Program-made: the position numbers and the translations under genes
In this document: positions 31,679 through 38,658 of the stretch, piece by piece
Position numbering within the stretch: the stretch's first letter is position 1
Layout of the letters: every line of letters begins with the position of its first letter
The notes under the pieces: generated by a model
Database searches by the model: none
Seen by the model: only the letters and a program-made list of their open reading frames with translations
Told to the model about the DNA's origin: nothing
Assembly (NCBI GenBank): GCA_022565155.1
Contig: JADFKB010000004.1
Location: forward strand, 267-64,266
Direction of reading: 5' to 3'
Length of the DNA: 64,000 nucleotides
From: Chloroflexota bacterium
GTDB taxonomy: Bacteria > Chloroflexota > Dehalococcoidia > DSTF01 > RBG-16-68-14

Positions 31679-32188
31679 TTACGACTCCCGCCAGACGGTA
31701 CGGGTGGCCTGCGGCTGTTCGCCGGCCAACGACGGTAGCCAGCGACCGCCGACCTCGATCATTTTGTGGTTCCACACGGACGTGAGAGCCGACTCGATGT
31801 CGAGCTCGAAGACCCAATCGTGGCGCGGGATGGCGGGCCGAGCACGGGCCGCTTCCGCTTCGTCGATCAGGACGAGCGTCGCGGCGTCGGTGACGCGGCT
31901 GGCCATGCCCGTCAGGTTAAACTCGAACTCATCGTAGTCCGGCCCGAGCTCTGGCGGCAGCGTGTGCAGCGAGTAGCGGCCGTCGCGCGCCAGATCGAAC
32001 CGGCGCGGCGACGTCGACTGGATGGCGACGAACAGGCGCCCGCCCGCCAGAATGGGCGAGAGCGGATGCAGGCGCGGCGCACCAGACTTACGCACCGTGG
32101 CGAGATAGGCCAGCGGAATCGCCAGCATCACGGCGCCACGCTCGGCCATCTCCGGCGCGGCGTTGGCGAACTCACTCCACGTGGCCAC
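31679..32188 (-). CDS. pyridoxamine-5'-phosphate-oxidase-like FMN-binding protein (paralog 3)
   Basis: Start refined to GTG (MATWSEFAN…) inside track ORF 31679..32266. Its stop is 4 nt before the paralog 2 start. Confidence 0.7.
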   Translation of the reverse strand: MATWSEFANAAPEMAERGAVMLAIPLAYLATVRKSGAPRLHPLSPILAGGRLFVAIQSTSPRRFDLARDGRYSLHTLPPELGPDYDEFEFNLTGMASRVTDAATLVLIDEAEAARARPAIPRHDWVFELDIESALTSVWNHKMIEVGGRWLPSLAGEQPQATRTVWRES

Positions 32189-32190
32189 GC

Positions 32191-32550
32191 CTACGACGGG
32201 TCGAACTGGACGAGCTGGCCGTAGTTGCCGTCCGGATCGACGAACGTGGAGAAGACGCCGCCCCACGGCTCGCGGCCGGCTGTGCGAATGAACTTCACGC
32301 CCTGCTTTTCCAGCCGGCGCTGCTCCGCTTCCACGTCGTCGACGAAGAAGTTGAACAGGGCGCGCTGCGGCTCGCTCGCCTGGCCCTTCGTCTCGCTATG
32401 CCCGTCGACCATGAACGGCGTGCCGCCGGCGTCGAACGCGCCCTCGCCCATCTCCGGGTTTGGCTTCAGTCCGATCACGTCGCGGTAGAACTCGACGAGG
32501 CGCTCAGGGTTCTCACTGGTGATGTTGAAGACGAACGAGTTGACCTTCAC
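32191..32550 (-). CDS. VOC-family (glyoxalase / bleomycin-resistance-like) protein
   Basis: 119-aa single VOC module. Its stop is 2 nt from the paralog 3 start. Confidence 0.75.
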   Translation of the reverse strand: MKVNSFVFNITSENPERLVEFYRDVIGLKPNPEMGEGAFDAGGTPFMVDGHSETKGQASEPQRALFNFFVDDVEAEQRRLEKQGVKFIRTAGREPWGGVFSTFVDPDGNYGQLVQFDPS

Positions 32551-32632
32551 GGTGTCGCTTCCTTTCTGTTACGGACAGATCGCTGGATAGGCTGCTATTG
32601 TAGCCCGCGCTGTTGACACGAGCATGTCAGTA

Positions 32633-32666
32633 GTGGTGACTAGTTGTGGTGACTGGCTGTGGTGAT
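32633..32666 (+). promoter_or_regulatory. three direct repeats of gtggtga(c/t) with exact 13-bp spacing, upstream of VOC/PPOX operon
   Basis: tagtGGTGACtagttGTGGTGACtggctGTGGTGATg. A TACAAT -10 candidate lies on the minus strand nearby. Confidence 0.45.
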
Positions 32667-32677
32667 GATGCGTTCAG

Positions 32678-33601
32678 CTAGCCCTCGGCGTACGCTCGCG
32701 AGAGCGCTTCGGCTTCGCTGCGCACGCGCTCGACCACCTCCGGCGGCGATAGCACGCGGGCGGACGCCCCCCAGCTCAGCAGCCAGGGCAGCAGGTGGCG
32801 GAGGCTGCCGGAGCGGTAGACGAACACCGTACCGCCCTCAGCCGGTTCCTCGCCCTGCAGTCCGTACGCGGGCGCTTCGCGCGCCCAGCGGACGGCGGCC
32901 GCCTCCAGCCAGACGCGTACTTCCAGGGTTTCCTTGGCGTCCGGCGCTTGCTGCATCTCATCTCGCCGCTCAAATCGCTCGGAGAGCAGCTCCGCGCTCT
33001 GGATGCGGCCGGCGCGAAAGTCGCGCATCTCTCCTCGGAGCCGGCAGAAGCCGACGAGGTGCCAGTCGTTCTCGTAGTGGAGCAGGTAGTAGGGTTCCAC
33101 GTCTCGCTCCGTCAGGTCGTCCGAGCTGAATGCGTGGTAGCGCAGGTGGAGCACGCGATCGTGGATCACCGCCTGCTGGAGCACCGGCAGCCAGGGCGAC
33201 GCTTCGTTCCGGCGCCAGCGCGAGACGCGGATGCGCTCTCGCAGCCTATCGACTTCGCTGCGCGTCTCCGGCCGCAGCACGGCCTCCACCTTGGCGGCGG
33301 CGGTGCGCGTCGCCTCGCGCTGCGCGGCAGTGCCCAGCCCCAGCGCCAGGTCGCTGCCGAGCAGGAGCTGCACCGCCTCTTCCGCGGTGAAGGCGATCGG
33401 CGGCAGGTGGTAGCCTTCGACGAGCCGATAGCCCTCGCCCGGCATCGCCGCGACGGGCACGCCTGCCTGGCAGAGCGCGTCGATGTCGCGGTAGATCGTG
33501 CGCACGGAGCATTCGCACGCCCCGGCCAGGTCGGCGGCCCGCACGGGCGTCTCCTGGCGGAGTCGCATCAGGATCGGCAGCCGGCGGTCCATCTGCTTCA
33601 T
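32678..33601 (-). CDS. WYL-domain transcriptional regulator (HTH + WYL, YafY/PafBC-like)
   Basis: N-terminal HTH and WYL core (YYLLHYENDWHLVGFC). Start refined to ATG (MKQMDRRLP…) inside track ORF 32678..33631. Confidence 0.8.
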   Translation of the reverse strand: MKQMDRRLPILMRLRQETPVRAADLAGACECSVRTIYRDIDALCQAGVPVAAMPGEGYRLVEGYHLPPIAFTAEEAVQLLLGSDLALGLGTAAQREATRTAAAKVEAVLRPETRSEVDRLRERIRVSRWRRNEASPWLPVLQQAVIHDRVLHLRYHAFSSDDLTERDVEPYYLLHYENDWHLVGFCRLRGEMRDFRAGRIQSAELLSERFERRDEMQQAPDAKETLEVRVWLEAAAVRWAREAPAYGLQGEEPAEGGTVFVYRSGSLRHLLPWLLSWGASARVLSPPEVVERVRSEAEALSRAYAEG

Positions 33602-33603
33602 CA

Positions 33604-33626
33604 GCGTTCTATTATAGATAGAACGC
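33604..33626 (+). promoter_or_regulatory. perfect inverted repeat gcgttctat-N5-atagaacgc abutting WYL start codon, in WYL/hisH divergent region
   Basis: 9-bp arms with an AT-rich centre (tatag). An extended -10 tgcTAGAAT at 33652..33660 ends about 9 nt before the hisH GTG. Confidence 0.5.
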
Positions 33627-33669
33627 GGCACGCTGCGCGTGGCGTGCCCTGTGCTAGAATGAAGCCGCC

Positions 33670-34296
33670 GTGAACAACAAGCGCGTCGTCGTCCTGGATT
33701 ACGGCGCGGGGAACCTGCGCAGCGTCGCCCGCGCCGTCGAGCACGTCGGCTTCCTGCCGGACGTGGCGTCGGATGTGCGCGCGCTCGATGACGCCGACGC
33801 TGTGGTGATGCCGGGTGTCGGCGCGGCCGCCGATACCATGCGCCACCTAGAGGAGGGCGGCTTCGTCGAGCCGCTGCGAGCGTACATCCAGGCGCAACGC
33901 CCGTTCCTGGGCGTCTGCATGGGCTTCCAGGCGCTGCTTACGACCAGCGAAGAGGGCGGCAGCCACGCCTGCCTGGACATCATACCGGGCCAGGTGCGCC
34001 GCCTCGAGCGCACGAACGGCCAGAAGGTGCCGCACATGGGCTGGAACAAGGTGACGCAGGTGCGCGAGCATCCGATCTTCAACGACATCCCGGACGGCAG
34101 CTACTTCTACTTCGTCCACAGCTACTACCCGGATCCTGAGGACGAGTCGCTCGTCGTCGGCAAAACGACGTACGGCGTCGAGTTCGCCTCCATCATCGCC
34201 CGCGATGGGCTGGTGGCGACGCAGTTCCACCCGGAGAAGAGCGGCAAGGTGGGCCTGCAGCTCTACCGCAACTTTCTGACGGCGAGCTGCGGCTAG
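33670..34296 (+). CDS. hisH: imidazole glycerol phosphate synthase, glutamine amidotransferase subunit
   Basis: Class I GATase with triad-region similarity (GVCMGFQ). GTG start. Confidence 0.93.
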   Translation: MNNKRVVVLDYGAGNLRSVARAVEHVGFLPDVASDVRALDDADAVVMPGVGAAADTMRHLEEGGFVEPLRAYIQAQRPFLGVCMGFQALLTTSEEGGSHACLDIIPGQVRRLERTNGQKVPHMGWNKVTQVREHPIFNDIPDGSYFYFVHSYYPDPEDESLVVGKTTYGVEFASIIARDGLVATQFHPEKSGKVGLQLYRNFLTASCG

Positions 34297-34339
34297 CGCT
34301 GGCGAGACGCAAAGGCGATACGAGACGCGGAGGCGATAG

Positions 34340-34747
34340 ATGAGCCGGAGAGACGATGACGGCGTCGAGATCGACCTGCCGTTCCTGCACTTCTACGCGG
34401 GCGGGCGTGGCGTCCACATCGGCGGCCGCCACGGCGACGAGGAGATAATCGATATGGAGATGGACGAACAGGGCGAGTACCGCCAGGTGCGGCAGCGCGT
34501 TCGCAGGCGTCTGCGCTTCTTTCGCCACGCTTTTACCTTCGTGGCGCTCAACGGCATCTTCGTCCTGTTGGACTGGGGTACCGGCGGTTCCGGCAGCGGC
34601 ATCAACTGGTCGCAGTGGGTGGCGGGCATCTGGGGCGTGTTCCTGGGCTGGGAGTTCATCTCCATCTTCGTCGCGCCGCACCTCTGGGGCAAGGACATGG
34701 AGGAGCGCCTGATCCAGCGAGAGCTGCGCCGCCGGCGCGGCGGCTGA
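34340..34747 (+). CDS. 2TM-domain small membrane protein
   Basis: Arg-rich cytoplasmic segment followed by two TM helices (…RLRFFRHAFTFVALNGIFVLLDWGTGGSG…WGVFLGWEFISIFV). GGAGG RBS. Confidence 0.6.
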   Translation: MSRRDDDGVEIDLPFLHFYAGGRGVHIGGRHGDEEIIDMEMDEQGEYRQVRQRVRRRLRFFRHAFTFVALNGIFVLLDWGTGGSGSGINWSQWVAGIWGVFLGWEFISIFVAPHLWGKDMEERLIQRELRRRRGG

Positions 34748-34763
34748 TGCAGGGCGACGCCGC

Positions 34764-35477
34764 GTGGAAGTAATCCCCGCCATCGACCTGCGCGGCGGCC
34801 GCTGCGTCCGTCTCACGCAGGGCGACTACGACCGCGAGACCGTCTTCTCCGATGATCCACTGACCGTCGCACGCCAGTGGGCCGAGCAGGGGGCGACCCG
34901 CCTCCACGTCGTCGATCTGGACGGCGCGCGCGAAGGCCGTCCGGTGAACGACGCTATCGTGCGCAACATCATCGATGCTATCGACCTGCCGGTGCAGGTC
35001 GCCGGCGGCGTGCGCGACCTCGCTGCTGTTGATAGCTGGCTCGCCGCCGGAGCCGACCGCGTCGTCTTGGGCACCGCCGCCGTCCGAGAGCCGGAACTCG
35101 CCGGCGAGGCCTGCCGCCGGCACGGTGAGCGCATCGTCGTCTCGATCGACGCGCGCGGCGGCATCGTCGCCGTCGAAGGCTGGCGCGAGGCGACGGAAGA
35201 GCGGGCGGACGACCTGCTCCGAAAGCTGGCCGCGCTGGGCGTCCAACGCTTCGTTTACACGGACATCGAGCGGGATGGCAAGCTGCAATCGCCGAACTAC
35301 GAGTCGATCCGGGCGATGATCGCCGCCTCTGATGCGCCGATTATCGCCGCCGGTGGCGTCGCGGAGGTGTCGCACCTCGTCCGCCTGGCCGACCTGGGGG
35401 CGGAGGCGGCGATCATCGGCCTCGCGCTCTACGATGGCCGGGTATCGCTGCCGGAAGCGCTGGCGGCGGTGGGGTAG
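34764..35477 (+). CDS. hisA: phosphoribosylformimino-5-aminoimidazole carboxamide ribotide isomerase
   Basis: VIPAIDLRGG… HisA signature. GTG start. Confidence 0.93.
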   Translation: MEVIPAIDLRGGRCVRLTQGDYDRETVFSDDPLTVARQWAEQGATRLHVVDLDGAREGRPVNDAIVRNIIDAIDLPVQVAGGVRDLAAVDSWLAAGADRVVLGTAAVREPELAGEACRRHGERIVVSIDARGGIVAVEGWREATEERADDLLRKLAALGVQRFVYTDIERDGKLQSPNYESIRAMIAASDAPIIAAGGVAEVSHLVRLADLGAEAAIIGLALYDGRVSLPEALAAVG

Positions 35478-35489
35478 ACTAGAAGTCCA

Positions 35490-36248
35490 ATGCTCACTAA
35501 GCGAATCATCCCCTGCTTCGACGTCGAAAACGGGCGCGTGGTGAAAGGCGTGTCGTTCGTCGAACTGCGCGACGCCGGCGACCCGGTCGCCCTCGCAAGC
35601 GTCTACGAAGAGCAGGGCGCGGACGAGCTGGTGTTTCTGGACATCACCGCTTCGTCCGACGAGCGGCAGACGGTGTACGATATGGTCGCCCTGGTGGCCG
35701 GCGAGGTCTTCATCCCGTTCACGGTCGGCGGCGGCGTCCGCAGCGCCGACGATGTCCGGCTGCTGCTGGAACTCGGCGCCGATAAGGTGTCGCTCAATAC
35801 CGCCGCCGTCGATGATCCTAAAGTCATCTCCGCCTGCGCGCAGCGCTTCGGCAGCCAGAATATCGTCGTCGCGATCGATGCGAAGGGCAAGCCGGACGGA
35901 ACGTGGGAGGTCTACACTCACGGCGGCCGCCGTCCAGTAGGCCTCGATGCGGTCGAGTGGGCTCAACGGGCCGTCGAACTCGGCGCGGGCGAGCTGCTGT
36001 TGACGTCGATGGACGCCGACGGCCACCAGACCGGCTACGACCTACCGCTCACCCGCGCCGTCTCCGAGGCGGTACCGGTACCGGTGATCGCTTCCGGCGG
36101 CTGCGGCGAGCCTAGCCACATGGTCGATGCGATTATCGAAGGCAAGGCGGACGCGGTACTGGCCGCCAGCATCTTCCACTTCGGCACGTACAGCATCCGT
36201 GCGACGAAACAGGAGCTGGCCGCCGCCGGCATCCCCGTGCGGCTGTAA
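35490..36248 (+). CDS. hisF: imidazole glycerol phosphate synthase, cyclase subunit
   Basis: RIIPCLDV-like N-terminus ([16 protein letters not shown]) and HisF TIM barrel. Confidence 0.95.
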   Translation: MLTKRIIPCFDVENGRVVKGVSFVELRDAGDPVALASVYEEQGADELVFLDITASSDERQTVYDMVALVAGEVFIPFTVGGGVRSADDVRLLLELGADKVSLNTAAVDDPKVISACAQRFGSQNIVVAIDAKGKPDGTWEVYTHGGRRPVGLDAVEWAQRAVELGAGELLLTSMDADGHQTGYDLPLTRAVSEAVPVPVIASGGCGEPSHMVDAIIEGKADAVLAASIFHFGTYSIRATKQELAAAGIPVRL

Positions 36249-36280
36249 GAGGAGGGGCGTAACAATGAAGGGTAAGTGCC

Positions 36281-36616
36281 ATGGCAGATGAGCAATCGAT
36301 TCAGTTGGACTTCGCCAAGGGAGACGGGCTGATCCCGGCGATCATCCAGGACGCGGACAGCGGCGAGGTGTTGACCCTCTTCTACATGGACGAAGAGGCG
36401 GTGCGGCGCACCCGCGAGACGAAGCAGGTCTGGCGGTTCAGCAGGGCGGAAGGGAAGCTGATGCGCAAGGGCGATACGTCCGGCAACGTCCTCCACGTGG
36501 AGAGCATCGCCGCCGACTGCGATGTCGATGCGCTCGTCGTCCGCGTCCACCCCGACGGCCCCGCCTGCCACACCGGCGAGCGTACCTGCTTCCACAACCC
36601 GATGGAGCTGGCGTAG
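36281..36616 (+). CDS. hisI: phosphoribosyl-AMP cyclohydrolase
   Basis: PRA-CH domain (…DCDxDALxxxV…GxxCHTG…). Confidence 0.9.
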   Translation: MADEQSIQLDFAKGDGLIPAIIQDADSGEVLTLFYMDEEAVRRTRETKQVWRFSRAEGKLMRKGDTSGNVLHVESIAADCDVDALVVRVHPDGPACHTGERTCFHNPMELA

Positions 36617-36647
36617 CGGCGCGTAATCACGAAGGAGGATGTCGAGT

Positions 36648-37235
36648 ATGTGGCGGACAGCAGTCATCACGTTCATTGGAGTGGCGCTTCTCGCTTGCAA
36701 CGGCGGCGTACCAGCTGCTCAGCCTGCGGTGACGCCGACGCCGGTGCCAACAGAAACGGCGGAGCCTCAACCGCAAGGAGAAGTGCCGTGCATCGAATAG
36801 TTCCCTGAGGTAACGCTCCACTACGAGGATCAGACACAGCAGGACCCCTATCTCTATTACAGCTGCATGGGCGACGACTGTGCGATTGACGGGCACCCCT
36901 TCTTCACCATACCGTTGCCAGCGTCCGCACTGACGCTGCCTGTCGGCGCGCGACCCGTTTTGACATTCTCCAAGTCGCCGCGTTCCGCCGACGCGACGAT
37001 TAGGCCGCTGCCGCTGGAGAAGACGTTCCCTACTGCCAGCGGAATCGAGATCGATGTCAACGACTTGCATGCCATCCCTACTGAGCAGCTGGACGTGCAG
37101 GCGATTGCCGAACAGGAGCTCGATCTGGGGTCGCTGTCGCCCGGCGACTACGTAGTGGAGGTAGGTTCCGGGTGGCCGCAGGGATCCTTGGGCTTCTTGT
37201 TCCGCATCGAGATCGTGGAGGCGGACGGCGATTAG
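36648..37235 (+). pseudogene. lipoprotein gene interrupted by a single in-frame TAG (36798..36800): nonsense-mutated gene, sequencing error or read-through
   Basis: Strong RBS (GAAGGAGG) plus ATG gives a 50-codon signal peptide with lipobox (LLAC) and TP linker. After the TAG the same frame continues for 145 codons (track ORF 36867..37235). The downstream ATG has no RBS. Confidence 0.5.
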
Positions 37236-37262
37236 CGCGCGGCGCTCCGCCCGCGCTTGCCG

Positions 37263-37817
37263 TCACACGCCAAACGCTTGCTCCAAACGCCGTGTCTGCG
37301 GATCGACGATGGCGATGTCTGGGTATCGGATGCCTGTCCACAGCTCGTACGCGGCCGCCGCGTCGAGTTGGAGCAAGCCGGCCAGGTACACCGTCAACGC
37401 CAGGCCGTGCGTCACGACGGCGGCATCGCGACCGGAGTGGCGCTCTGTAATCGCCTCGATGCAGGCGCGGACCCGGCGCTGTACTTCCTGTTCAGCCTCC
37501 CAGCTATCGACGGCCTCGCCCGCCAGGTAGCGCCGCACTTGCTCGCGATACTCTGCTTGCTCCATCCAGCCGCGGCCCTCTACTTCCCGCAGGTCGCGTT
37601 CTATGCGGATCGGAAGGCCGTGGGGCGCGGCGATGCGTTGCGCGGTGGTAGATGCCTTCGGCTCCGGGCTGGTGTGGATTGCCGGTAGCTCCGCCCAGTG
37701 CGCTGCGTCCGCGAGCGCATCGGCGGCGGCGCGGCCTTCTTGCGAAAGATGCCACTCCGCGCCCGGCCGCTCGGGGCGCACCGTCACGCCGGAATGGCGT
37801 ACCAAGTAGAGCCGCAC
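37263..37817 (-). CDS. histidine phosphatase family protein (phosphoglycerate-mutase-like)
   Basis: LVRHSG motif (RHG variant) near the N-terminus. Start refined to GTG with a GGAG RBS. 14 nt after the HAD gene. Confidence 0.7.
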   Translation of the reverse strand: MRLYLVRHSGVTVRPERPGAEWHLSQEGRAAADALADAAHWAELPAIHTSPEPKASTTAQRIAAPHGLPIRIERDLREVEGRGWMEQAEYREQVRRYLAGEAVDSWEAEQEVQRRVRACIEAITERHSGRDAAVVTHGLALTVYLAGLLQLDAAAAYELWTGIRYPDIAIVDPQTRRLEQAFGV

Positions 37818-37831
37818 GTCGATACTCCGAG

Positions 37832-38527
37832 TTACGACTCGATCAGTTCGAGCACGTCCAGCAACGACGTGACGACGGGGCAATCGACTTCAGGCGCGCG
37901 CTGCTCCCGATCGATGAGGACGGCGGCGATGCCGGCGGTGCGCGCGCCCAGCACGTCGGAGATGTAGGAATCGCCGATGTAGAGCACCTCATTGGCCGAC
38001 AAGCCGGCGCGGGCTAGGGCGTAATGGAAGATATCTGGATGGGGCTTGGCCGCGCCCACGGCGGCGGAGGCGACGACGAACTCGAGGTGGTCGCTGACAT
38101 CGTGGGCGTGGAGCAGGGGGACGAGGTCGGTGCCCCAGTCCGAGATGACGCCCTGGCGCAGGCCGAGCGCCTGGACGCGCTGGAGCATCTCCGGCACCTC
38201 CGGAAAAATCAGCCACTGCTCCGGCTGCTGAAACCAATCGTGGAGCGCGTTCGCCGCAGCTTGCAAATTGTCATCCGTCTCGTCGATGCCTGTCGCCTGC
38301 ATCGCCTTGACGTAGTAGGAGTTCCAGAACCCCCGCGCGCGAGCGTCGGAATCGTACTCGCCCATCATGTCCCGGTAATAATAGTAGCCGCTGTCAGGCA
38401 GCGGCCGCTCCCGCGCGAATTCGACGCCGAGCTGGCCGCCAAGGAAGTCCCAGATATCGGGCGGTTCCAGCCGGGGCCTCAGCAGCGTGTGGCCGGCGTC
38501 GTAGATGATGGCGCGGACAGACTTCAT
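37832..38527 (-). CDS. HAD-superfamily hydrolase (subfamily IA)
   Basis: Motif I IIYDAGHTLL (YDxxxT), then motif II, then motif III/IV (IGDSYISD). Start refined to ATG (MKSVRAIIYD…). Confidence 0.7.
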   Translation of the reverse strand: MKSVRAIIYDAGHTLLRPRLEPPDIWDFLGGQLGVEFARERPLPDSGYYYYRDMMGEYDSDARARGFWNSYYVKAMQATGIDETDDNLQAAANALHDWFQQPEQWLIFPEVPEMLQRVQALGLRQGVISDWGTDLVPLLHAHDVSDHLEFVVASAAVGAAKPHPDIFHYALARAGLSANEVLYIGDSYISDVLGARTAGIAAVLIDREQRAPEVDCPVVTSLLDVLELIES

Positions 38528-38658
38528 CGGTGGCAACTCATGATAGCGGGTCCAGAGAATCCTGGTCGAGGAGAGCTGGTCCGTTTGACGGGCGCGCGCG
38601 CGCCCAGCTACCGTACATCTCGGAAACAAGCGCACGAAGGCAAGGCGTTCATAGCTGC

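Noticed and set aside
34656-36026. 456-aa ORF on - strand
   Set aside because: Antisense to hisA/hisF.
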